Of a DNA stretch of 64,000 bases, positions 49,115-60,900 are shown piece by piece. The DNA is taken from positions 7,812,001-7,876,000 of the forward strand of contig JAQFVV010000005.1 of NCBI GenBank assembly GCA_028023455.1. Reading direction: 5' to 3'. The DNA is from Epiperipatus broadwayi (lineage: Eukaryota; Animalia; Onychophora). The stretch's first letter is position 1, and every line of letters starts with the position of its first letter. The translations under genes and the position numbers were made by a program. The notes under the pieces were generated by a model. The model saw only the letters and a program-made list of their open reading frames with translations. It was not told the origin of the DNA and did not search any database.

Positions 49115-51202
49115 ATAATTATAATATATCTTAAAATCAAATATGCGTGGGAAATCTTATCAACAACTTTTTTCACAAGAATTATCATAATCCTTTTTCC
49201 AGTTGATTTATCAAATTACAGTTCTTTTGTATTAGGTATAACAAAAATTGTGTAAGTTAACAACACTAAAAATGTAATTGTTTGAATTCTACCATCTGAT
49301 GCAGTGCAGCCAGCTTAGACATGGACTCTTACATAGTAGAGAGAATATTTAGCAAGTGATAATATTAACAAAAAACACCATAGATCAAATTGACTGCATA
49401 CTAAACTATTGTAATGTTATATTTATATTTCCAGCTGAATATCAAGCAACAAAGATTATTATGACTGTTTAGTGCTGGTTTAGGTTATACCAGGAATTCT
49501 GTTGTATGACTTTAATTTTCAATAATTGATTATTTTTGATAAATATTGTTGATATGGAGATGAAAGTTTTCTCAGGTCATATTTGTCAGCATTATATATC
49601 CACAGTGGTTAACTCAGTGTTCAAGTTTTTACCTAGTAATATAAGTGCCCCATGATTTGACAACATTGTATATCGTGGTAATGTCTCAAGTTACTTATAG
49701 CTTTGCATCTATGTATTGCATTTTAAATTAAGTAATACATTTCTTGTAAGATATTTATTTCTATTTATATATTTAATACCAACAAAACAATTTTATTTTC
49801 TTAATAATGTATATTATACAAGTAAATAGATTTTTTTTAATTTCAGACTTTTAACTTGATAATGTGAAGATGTTAAAGATGACTTTTCATTTTTGAAGAC
49901 CATGAGCTCAGGAAAAGGTCTGGAATACTAGATTTATTGTCCATACAGTGTTTATTGATTTGTTTAATTAGATCGTTCTGACGTAGAGTGAAGAATACCA
50001 CTTCTGATTCATGTAATTTTTTTTTTTGAGAAAGGATTGTTTTGATAAGCAAATATGTTTTTAAGTTTTATAATATTTAATGATACATTCAGTTGCTTTG
50101 TGAAAATACATCTGACATTTAAATTTTTGTTTATTATTTTTCCAATTTTTATGAAAAATATATTGAAACTGATTAATGAAAAATCAAACTATTAAAAAAA
50201 GTTCTGTCAAACAATTTTCTACATTTGTTTTTTTTTTCTGTTTTTTGTAGGTAGACACTAAGTAGCAACTGAAGTTCTTTGGATTGTTTTTTATTTCTAA
50301 AACAGAAAGCACATTATGTGGATCTCTGTGATAACATTCAGCAAGAAAGTTATGGTATAGTTTGGTTGCAGAATGTGAGTGCAATCCATTGACTTATTAA
50401 AATTCTTGTGTTAATCTAAATCTCAACTCAAATATGTCACTTCTGAAATCCAAATATCACTTTAATCACCCAAATGATGAATTATTGATTGTGTTATTTA
50501 TATGATTTATTACTTAATGATTTATTGCAACTGGTAATAAAAACTGTTCAAAATTGTTTAGTCGAGTTGTTAGTTACCTAGTAACTACTCTATTTTAGAT
50601 TATTAATTATAATTATTTGTTTGTTATGACTTATTACAAAAGTAATATGCATATCAACTAGTTTATGAATAACCAGTATATCAGTCGTAATGATATGAAA
50701 AGACTTAAAAAAGAAAAGATGATCAATGGAAGTAATGTATTTCTGTTATTACTGTCAAGACACTTTGAAACTTATATGAAAATTGAGAGCTATATCATAT
50801 TGTAGTATGAATGTTTATGAGGAAAATCATGCATCAGTTTTAAAGCACCTGTTAATATTAAATTGCTGAATAATTGAGTTAAGATATCGGTAAGGAATTT
50901 TAAACTTTTGTATAAATAATTTTTAAGGGAATTTCTATGCTTAATATTTAAATAAATAAGAAATTCCTTTTATTGGAAAACAAAATATTTTCAAATTTAT
51001 ATATTTTAATGGATTTTAACATGATTATAATCTGATTATAAATTAGATGAATTTGTGAATTAACCTAAGTGGAAATTGATTTCTGACTAGAATAAATTGC
51101 TGATTATAGCTTTTAAAAATAATCCCTGATAATTTATTATTTAATCATCACAGTTAAAAGCTTTTTATAATTAAAAACATGATGTTTATTTTTGTTTGAC
51201 AG

Positions 51203-52628
51203 ATAAAGTTAAAAGTAAATTTTCTTTTTTTTAAAAGTTGAAGCTTATAAAGTGATGGCAAAATTTATATAACAAATACATTTTGATTACATGATTTTGA
51301 TAGCTGTATATTTTTTCACAAAACTTTTTATCTTGTTATGGATTTTAATTCTTGATTGTTTCAATCAGAACTTGTATTAGAAATTTATCAAAGAATTTTC
51401 TTATAAGTGTCTGAGTATTTTCAAAACTAAAACTAACTTTTCTATATTATAACTGAATGATGAAATAGTTTTATTTGTTCTTTATATTAGATTAATGTGT
51501 ATGAAGCAGCTCATAAAAGCACTGCTTGTATAGAAGTAAATTTCTACAAATAAAAAATTGTATAAATTTGTTATTTTGAAAAGATGATTGCCCAATTAAT
51601 AAAAGACTTCATAGAATTGCAAAATCTATGAGCTATCATAATAATAATAGTCAAATGATATATTGTTCGGAAATTCATAAAATCTTTGAGCCTGGAATTA
51701 ATAGCTGATGCCATAAACTATTGATTTTATCCTCCAGAGTCATCTATTGTCTCGCTGCATTAAAACACATTGGACCATAAGTTACTATGAAAATTATTTT
51801 AATAATATATAAAATATGTATAGGATTAAATTTTCTGCATATGTGAAAATACCAGTTTTTGTGGAATTCTTTTTTAATAGTTAAAAAGGAAACTAGTGTC
51901 TACGATTAGACAATTACTTAAAAATTTTATGAAATTATTTTAATAAAAGAAAATCTTTTTCAGTGCAACACATTATTTACAAATGTATCACATATAATTG
52001 CTTCAAGATAAAGTATATGAAAAGTTTTAAACAAACTTTTTAAATGCAACTTGTATCATTACAACATTGTGTTGAAATGAAAAGTACATAAAAAAATTTT
52101 CTGTTAAAAAAGAATTAAAGAATACAACATGGGCCATTGCATAACAACTGACAAACTTATATCTACAAAAATCAAAAGTTCATATTTTGGTTTTCCTTTT
52201 TTGTAGATTGAGTGATTATAAAACTTTTGAAAATGTTTAAAAATAAATTTAAAAAATAATGTAGAAAAGAAATCTTCTGTTATTTAATTGAAATTTGTGA
52301 TAAAACTCTTACTATGGGAAATATAATAATATATGAAAGATATAAATTAAAAAAATCTATACAATTCTATATTATTACATGACTGCTATGGAAAAAATGA
52401 CTAGGAATTCTAAAAAGAATTATAGAGAAGGAAAACGTTACTTTTATAGTTTGCATGATTATAAAACTGATTGATTGAATAAATGTGTATGCAAGAAATC
52501 AGACTTTAGAAAATCTTTTTTCTCACAATTTTAAGATTACAAGTCTTCTGCAAAAAGTTATTTGAATTACATAACAGAAAACATATAGAAAAAAATAAAA
52601 GTCTTGCAAAAAATATGATTTAGAAAAA
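51203..52628 (+). pseudogene. Decayed zinc-finger-like sequence upstream of ZNF-2
   Basis: Finger-like scraps (agtgattataaaact ~52211, gcatgattataaaact ~52453, aagattacaagtct ~52533), broken by stops. Candidate acceptor ttttgtttgacAG ends at 51202. Confidence 0.45.
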
Positions 52629-54653
52629 ATGAAAGAAATTAACAAAAATTATTTTCAATGCAGTAATTCTATAAAAGGTTATGGAAAACTGTGCAAAAGA
52701 TATTTGAAAGAAAAGCAATCTTTTAAATCTAAGTTTGATTACAAGGTTGATAAAAATTCCAAAATAAATAAGAAACAAGTGTATGATTGCAAAAATCATA
52801 CAAAAGATTACTTAAAATTATTTGAAAACCCTAATACAGGAGAAAAATACTTTCATTGTAGCTTCTGTGATTATAAATCTATTCGGAAAGACCATGTGAT
52901 AAGACATGAAAGAACCCATACAGGAGACAAACCTTTCAAATGTAATATATGTGATTATAGAACTTCTCATAAGGATTATTTAATAATTCATGAAAGACAC
53001 CATACTGGCGAAAAACCTTTTTCTTGTCGTATGTGTAATTATAAGGCTGCTGAAAAAGGTTCTCTACAAAGGCATGAAAAAAGACATACAGGTGAAAAAC
53101 CTTACCATTGTAGTTTTTGTGATTACAAATGCATTGTAAAAAGTAGTTTAAAATCTCATGAAAAAAATAACCATGTGAAGAATAAAACTTTCCAATGTAA
53201 TTTTTGTGATTATAAATCTAATGTGAAAAGTTATATAAAATCACATGAACTAACTCATTCTGCAATAACTGCATTCAAATGCAGTTTCTGTAATTACAGA
53301 ACAGCTAGAAAAAATCGTATAGAAATACATGAATCAATTCATACAGGAGAAAAACGTTTTCAGTGCTCCTTATGTGACTACAAATCTTTTACAAAAAGAC
53401 ACCTTACATCACATGAAAACATTCATAAAAGAGAAAAATTTGTCAATTGTAATTTGCATAATTATAAGATTGCTAGCAAAAATTCCTTAAAAATACATGA
53501 AAAAACTCATGCAGAAAAAAAACTTACCCAGAGCACATCTTGTGATTACAGTAGAGCTCAAAAGGAATTTTTAATATACGAAAAAAACCATATAGATAAA
53601 AAACATTTTTCTTGCTATTTGTGTGATTATAAGTGTGATTCAATAAGTTGTCTAAAAAAACATGAAAAAACTCATAAAGAGAATAAATTTTTTCAATGCA
53701 ATTTTTGTGATTACAACTGTATTGCAAAAAAATATCTAAAATTACATGAAAAAAGCTGTCATTCAGTTGCGAAACATTTTCAATGCAATTTTTGTGATTA
53801 CACATCTACTGTAAAAAGCCACATAAAAGCACATGAAGCAACTCATTCAGTAGAAAAAGCTTTCGTTTGTGTTTTCTGTGATTATAAAGCTACTACAAAA
53901 AGTAATCTGAAAATACATGAAAAAATTCATTCTGAAGAAAAGCCTTTCCAATGCAATTTTTGTGATTATGGTACTATTCAAAAATATAACTTAATAGTAC
54001 ATGAAAGAAACCATACTGGTGAAAAACCTTTCTTATGTAGATGGTGTGATTATAAAACTATTGCAAAAAGTTATTTAAAAAATCATGAAAAAACTCATAC
54101 AGGTGAAAAACCTTTTCAATGCAGATTTTGTAGCTATAAATGTGCTATGAAAAGTTATCTAAAATTACATGAAAAGAGCCAACATACAGGGGAAAACTGT
54201 TTCTGCTGTAGCTTTTGTGATTATAAGACTGCTATGAAAACTTGTCTAAAATCACATGAAAAAATTCATATGAGAAATAAAAAATTTAAGTGTAATTTAT
54301 GCATGTTTAAGACTAATAATAAAAAACAATTTAGTAATCATGAAAAAAATCACACAGAAGATCAACTTTTCCACTGCAATCTGTGTAATTCTAATACAGC
54401 CTGTCAAAGTACTTTTATAAGTGATAAAAAATATGTGCATATAAAACAGACACCCTTCAATTTGTATTTAAATGAAAATAAAACACATGCAGAAAACTTG
54501 CCCATTATTAGTAATGAACTTATCAAGTGTTATGTATGTGATTACAAAGCTACAGAAAAAAGTGTACTGAAAACTCATGAAGAAAATCATTTTAGTCATC
54601 AGAATACTCTTGAGATTTTTATACGTTTCACTGGAGAAAATTTGACAAGTTAG
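52629..54653 (+). CDS. Tandem C2H2 zinc-finger protein (about 17 intact + 3 degenerate fingers); ZNF-2
   Basis: Uninterrupted 674-aa ORF of F.C..CDYK....L..HE..H repeats with TGEKP linkers. The C-terminal ~95 aa are clearly homologous to ZNF-1. Confidence 0.92.
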   Translation: MKEINKNYFQCSNSIKGYGKLCKRYLKEKQSFKSKFDYKVDKNSKINKKQVYDCKNHTKDYLKLFENPNTGEKYFHCSFCDYKSIRKDHVIRHERTHTGDKPFKCNICDYRTSHKDYLIIHERHHTGEKPFSCRMCNYKAAEKGSLQRHEKRHTGEKPYHCSFCDYKCIVKSSLKSHEKNNHVKNKTFQCNFCDYKSNVKSYIKSHELTHSAITAFKCSFCNYRTARKNRIEIHESIHTGEKRFQCSLCDYKSFTKRHLTSHENIHKREKFVNCNLHNYKIASKNSLKIHEKTHAEKKLTQSTSCDYSRAQKEFLIYEKNHIDKKHFSCYLCDYKCDSISCLKKHEKTHKENKFFQCNFCDYNCIAKKYLKLHEKSCHSVAKHFQCNFCDYTSTVKSHIKAHEATHSVEKAFVCVFCDYKATTKSNLKIHEKIHSEEKPFQCNFCDYGTIQKYNLIVHERNHTGEKPFLCRWCDYKTIAKSYLKNHEKTHTGEKPFQCRFCSYKCAMKSYLKLHEKSQHTGENCFCCSFCDYKTAMKTCLKSHEKIHMRNKKFKCNLCMFKTNNKKQFSNHEKNHTEDQLFHCNLCNSNTACQSTFISDKKYVHIKQTPFNLYLNENKTHAENLPIISNELIKCYVCDYKATEKSVLKTHEENHFSHQNTLEIFIRFTGENLTS

Positions 54654-54744
54654 CTAATTATTCTATGTGATTTCTTATAAAAATTTCTTAATATCTCTTA
54701 GGCCAAAAATCAATTCGATCATGTCTACAATCCTAATATACTAG

Positions 54745-55106
54745 TAATTATAAATAAAATCATATAATATTGCAATACCAGCCAAAAAAAAAAAATTTTT
54801 GTTAACAAAATTCTTCCTCAGCCATTTCATCTATTAACAAATAGACTTTTTCAAGCGAAATTCAATAAGATACATACAACATATATATGCATAACAAAGT
54901 AGCCTTCCCATCATTCACTTCAAAAACCCAAATATTAAAAGAAGTTGGTGTTTAAAGTGAATGTTAAAAAAGCTATTTTGTTTTGTGTATATATGTTAAA
55001 TTTCATTTAAATTAAACCATAGTTGTGGAAGAATTTTAATCAAAAAAAAATTTTTTTTTTTTTTTTTGGCTAGTATTGTAATGTTATATGATTTTATTTT
55101 GAATTA
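54745..55106. repeat. Inverted repeat (~80-bp arms) just downstream of the ZNF-2 stop
   Basis: aaataaaatcatataa.att.caatac.agcc(A)n..aaaattcttcc at 54752-54824 pairs with 55019-55099. Confidence 0.75.
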
Positions 55107-58100
55107 TAATATGAATTTATTTTATAAAATAATAAGTTAACTTTTATATAATATCCATATTAATTTAATTTTTTAAAAGTAATAAAAAATAAAACAATCC
55201 CTATGGTATTGTAATTACAAAATATCACTACTTTTCACTGAAGGTAGTAAACAGATATAAACTGCTTATATATTACTACTAATTTGCTATTAAATAGTAA
55301 ATTTTTACTTACTTAATTTATTCAATTTATTAAAGTAATGCAATAATGTATAAAATACAAACAATTTTTAATCAGCTTCAAGCAAAAGTGCATTTTCTAA
55401 GGTTTCACTTAAACTTTTGTTAAACTTTTTAATGTGAGAAAATAAAACAATTTTAATTATTGTTATTATGTTTTTCTCATAATATTTTAAAATAAATTTA
55501 GCATAAAACCAAATAAATGGTAAGGAAATCCATGAGATTTTTTTTCTATATCCAAAATTTATTTAGATTGCATTCAAATTATTTCCTTGGCATGAACTTT
55601 TCACAAAGTTATAATTTTTTCCAATATCCCATAAAAAAATTGTGATAAGTTATTAAAATAGCAATGTTTGGCTTATTATATTTGTAATGATTTAAGCACT
55701 TGATAAGTTATTTTATGTAAATATAAATACTGCTAGTTGTAAAAAAAATAGCTGGCAAAAATGATGCCATCTTCAATGATAAAACATTTTACGTTATATC
55801 AAATGCAAAATTTCAATGTTATAAGCATCTATATCATAATATAACTAATTTGTCATCCTAAAATCTTCAACACCTGCTTAAATTCTTGGTTGGGTTTTAT
55901 TCCAATTTTATATTTGATTTAATATTTTAGTTTTGATGAGATGGAAATTATGTGCTGTTGAGAATGAAACAATAAATTGTAGATTTCCTCTTGCACTTTT
56001 AACTTTTGATAGATTTGACTATCCAGCAATCTTTAAATTTTTTTTATTATTTTATCAAATAAATTTATACTATACTGTTTATTAATATGGATATATTAAC
56101 TTATGAATTATTAACTGTTGCTATGACAACAATATTAATATAAAACTTTATTATTGTTTTGTAAGATTATAAATTGACTTTATTCATTTTTAAAAAGAAA
56201 AACAAATATGTGAATGATAAAGTATATATGATGAATTTTTTTTTTTTTGTAATATGTTTCATTTTTGTTGCTGCCTTCATGATAATAAATTATAAAGATT
56301 ACAAATAAATATTTAATATTTCAAATATATTTGTTCTTTTTATATGTATAAAAATATATTTCCAGTGTTATATAATGAAAATATGATGTAGATTGTTTAA
56401 TTTGTGTTGAAATAAAAAATTAGTACTTATATTTTGAAGCGTAAATTTTTATTATATGTAATAAATGTGAAATGATTTTTTTTATTGTCATTATTATGTA
56501 TTAAGATTTTTTTTATTAGAAGAATGCTACTAGAAATTGTTTAAATGAGTGAATATAGATGATTACACTGACATCAATAAGAAATCTTATAAATAGGCCT
56601 GAAAAGTTTAAACTCATACTTTTCTCTCATGTTTTTGTTTTGAATGAAAACATGTAAAACTTTCTTTATACAATTTTTTTTTTTATATTTACCTCATAAG
56701 TATATAATTGACTTAAAAAAATTGAGGGGTAAGAAACAACATTGTCTACCCTATCGATCAGGGTAACTTATTGATGGAATTTTATGAGAAAACAAAATTT
56801 ATTATAAAAAGAAAAATTACCAAAATTGTTTCATTACATAAACAATCAGAAATGAATGTTACATATATTTTAAAGATAGAATACAAACAGCAGAAGGTAT
56901 ATAAGAGTCGTATTGACTTGCCTGTGTGATTTTATTAAATCGATTGATCAATTTTTTTTTTTGAGATATGAATCAGATTAATTCTCATCCTATCACCTTA
57001 GATAAAAACTATTACTTGCTTATATGAAAGGATTTCTCTTCATATTGTAAATATAAAATAATGCTTATGTGTGTAATGTATATGAAACAAATAATTATTT
57101 AAAGGAATAATTTGAATATATACATAATATATTGGAATTGACAAAATGTACTTTGAATTTAAAGGTTCTCTCAAATACATTTTATTTTCTCTGGAATAAA
57201 GGCATACTATTAGTTTTGTAGTTTGAAATATAGACATCGGAACTGAGATGTGATACTGGGAATACAATATCTAAAGAGCCATTCATGTTTTTAAATTCTT
57301 ATTTATCTTTATTTAAAAATGTATTGTAGTTATTGCTAGAAGTATATAATTTTAAAATAGTAATCTATTCACATACCAAAATATGAGAGAGCTATTAAAT
57401 TCTTATCTTGTGGTATAGTAATTGTATTTCAATATTTAAAAATATTCATTTTATTAATTTAGTGATTATAAGTGAACCTCAAATATACTTTGTATCTTGG
57501 AAGTTTAAAAAGATTTTATCGCAATAAATATTCATATATTTTGTTCTCGTAAAATCATCTTAATAAATAGCTAAATTCATCTTTATATATATATTAGATA
57601 AAATATATAAAGATTTATATATTAAACTTATATTTTGGAAAGTAGGAATGTCCTGCAACATACATAGACCATATATTTAATATTTATTATTGAATAATTG
57701 GAGATTAATATTCAATCACATATGTAAATATGAAATTAATATCAATTAATGGTTTATTGTACATTCAATTAGATCATATGTGTACATGTATATATTGTAA
57801 CCTTCCGCTTAGCTATATAGAGATGGAGAGGGAATGACAGAGAGATATATACATGTGTAATAATTTGTTTACCAGGGCGCCAAATTGTAACTATATCCAT
57901 CAGCTGTTATGCCAACTGGAGATCATCATCACTCAACAAATTGTGTCCATGAGGGAAGCAAGTTATCAAAATTTAAAAAAAAATACAGTAATTTAAGTTA
58001 TAAATAGTATGTTTTGTTCTCATCTTTATTTCAGCAATTATTAAATATAAGTGAATCAATTGACAAATTATTGAAAGCTGAAAACAACTCTCCACCACAG

Positions 58101-59519
58101 ACTCACCCTCCAAAGTTACAATTAATTTCTTTTAAATGTTTGATTTCCTCCCCACATCTCTACCACCAAACATGGCTCTCCACAATGTTATCTCTCTCAC
58201 ACACACAAGCGAAATGTACAATATTGTCAACTCAATAAACTCTTTAATATTACAGTATACCAACAATGATAACCTCTTCATTTAAAATTTTATGATTGTG
58301 ACTCTCGTTCTCAGAGTCCTGATTTATAGTGTGGAGCTTCAATTAATCACTTCACCAAATTTATTGCAGACAACTGAACACTATCCCAGCGAATTTAAAT
58401 CGAATAGACATACACTCATTCTAGAAGCTAATGTCTACTGTCAACTAAGGATAATCATAATAATAATAATATTAGAAACTACTAAATGGTTACATAAATG
58501 AAATATTTATTTACACTAAATTTTGATTAGATCCTCATCGACTGGGAATGTCTTCAAATATTAGGAATGGAAAAGCATCTGTACTGGGAAGCATGGAATA
58601 TTTTCTACAACTTTTATATATCAAATTTCTGGAATTAATGGATACTCAAATATTAAGATCAAAGTTTAAATTCAAAACAAAATATTTATTAACATATTAA
58701 CTATAACTAATACAATATAAAAACAAACATCATAGCGATCCAAATAGCAAAAGAAAATAACAAAATAATAATCAGAAAACATATTTATAATGGATCTACA
58801 TTGGCTATGGATTACAAGTTTTTTCTGAGCTCATCTCATCTAGGATATAACCGTCCCAACATCGGTACTCGTATTCTAATACTGGGAACAAATAACTCCT
58901 ATATTATAGATTGTTAAATAAACTGTTTCAACTTGTGACTTATTAGTTTAAGACACCAATTATTTTCTTTTCTGAAGCAGCGCTTCGTCAGTACTAATAT
59001 TACAATAAATATAATTATTATTAGAACAGTTAACTTTTAGCCCTTATCAAATTGCATCAATATTTCTTTTCTCTCCACTAAGGAATTCACATATCTTAGA
59101 AGTTACTTTCATTTTTGGTATTTAAACCAGCAACTAATTTTATAGGCTGTTACTCCCCATAAACATAATGCTTAACTTTTATTCTATAATTGTATCATCA
59201 TTTAAGAAGTTACATTCACACACCCACACTTGTATTGCATACTATGGTCCCCAACGAGTTTCTCTACCATTGTTTTACCAGTCCAGCGGTGACTTGCTTC
59301 AGTGTGAGCTGGATATGATGCACATTGCTTGTCTGAGTTTAAATTATTCACCTTAAATTTGAAATAATTATCAATTCGATAAACATTTCTGAAATATGTT
59401 TTACTTATAATTCCCTAAAACAAATAACTAGTTTCAACTAATACACAATGACCTGGAAAAACAGTAAACAATATTTAATTCATTCCATGGTGATAATGAT
59501 AATACCCTCTTAAGAGAAA

Positions 59520-59850
59520 ATAAATCAAGAAACAACATTTTGGTGACGGCATAAACCTAAGTGTGCCTTCTACCTGAGGCTATAAGATACGTGAGGACCT
59601 TGTGGCTGCACATATAGAAAAGGGTATGCTAAATCACCACTTACTACAACCATATAAGATATTTATCTCTTACAAAGCAAACTAATAATGGAGCTGGGAA
59701 TATATCCTCGATCTCCAAACACCTTCAAGTTTAAATATATTAAATTGAGAGAGAACTATGCTCATCTCAGCCTTCAGGATAGTGAGAACTAAGCTCACCT
59801 CGAACAAACAAAGGTCATTTGCACTTTCACTTAACCTAAGGGTATCATAT
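59520..59850 (+). mobile_element. Possible LTR end/primer-binding site of an LTR retrotransposon
   Basis: aataaatcaagaaACAACA (ends 59537) followed by tttTGGTGAC (59541-59547), the usual LTR-CA/PBS junction pattern. No paired LTR or clear gag was found. Confidence 0.25.
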
Positions 59851-60199
59851 TGATGTCTGAACCAATAATCTTAAAACTAGTCTAATGTGACTTGAGCATA
59901 AATTTTCATTAAAGCATTAATATTATAGACTAAGAAATGGGCATCATTTATTTAGACACATCTTATTTTAACTCATTCACCCTTTAGAGCATAGCAAACA
60001 AATACATCAAATATATATTAGTAAGCATGCAAACAATTTTAAAAACATTAGCATAGCAATATTGTAAACCTCTTTCACACTTCATTCTTAAGCATTCCTT
60101 AAAATATACTGGCTAAGTGATTAAATAACAAACAATATTAAGTTTTCTGTTCTAACTGAAACTTAATACCAGGTCAAAATTTTGACACCTAATTAAAAA

Positions 60200-60900
60200 C
60201 AATAAATGAAATTCAACACATAGCATAATAAATATTTAATAATAAATGAAAAATTTTACTTAAAGTCTTTTCAGCACACTGCCTCATCTGGGACTGTTCT
60301 CCCTTTGAAAAGTTTCTCCGTATTTTTATCCTAAGGAAGTAGGTACATAGTGATGACTTGGCAAATTTAAAGTATCCAAGTTGCAACTTTATTTGTGACA
60401 AAACGAATTTTGAGACGCATATTTAATGTTACATTGCTCATCAGGATTTGCAATACTATTTATCCCATAGTCACTTGTTAGTTGGGGTTTAATTCCTCAT
60501 TCTTTATGAATTGAATCATTTCCTGAGTTATTCCTTTTGTTTATTAAATTTTTTTACCAATTCAAATCAAATATTTAGCTTAGACTTGATGCTCACAACT
60601 GCACATTTATAATATCTTTCATAAGCCTTTCATCCAATATTTCTTCTATTTTGTTTATTCTGACATGTATTCTACAATTTGCTGTTAAAATTATTTTCAT
60701 GCGAGAACAAAGTTTTCTCTGATAAAAGCAATTAATTATTAGAATATACTGTTCAGATTTGGTTAAGTCTTTGTCATTAATATAACACAGATGCACAATT
60801 AAAGCTTTTGTTCTTTCAGTCATTCCTATGCTTTATTAAACACATCCATCTAAGTATCATATGGGAAACATTTTTGACAGAATAAATATCAATAAAAGTT
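60200..60900 (-). mobile_element. Possible P-element/THAP9-like transposase C-terminal relic
   Basis: FCQKC, KDLTKS..ILIINC and TYFLRIKIR...QMRQC loosely follow the THAP9 C-terminal pattern. Weak. Confidence 0.25.

Noticed and set aside
57880-58500. PKLQLISFK resembling BEL/Pao gag
   Set aside because: A single short motif with no further domain support.
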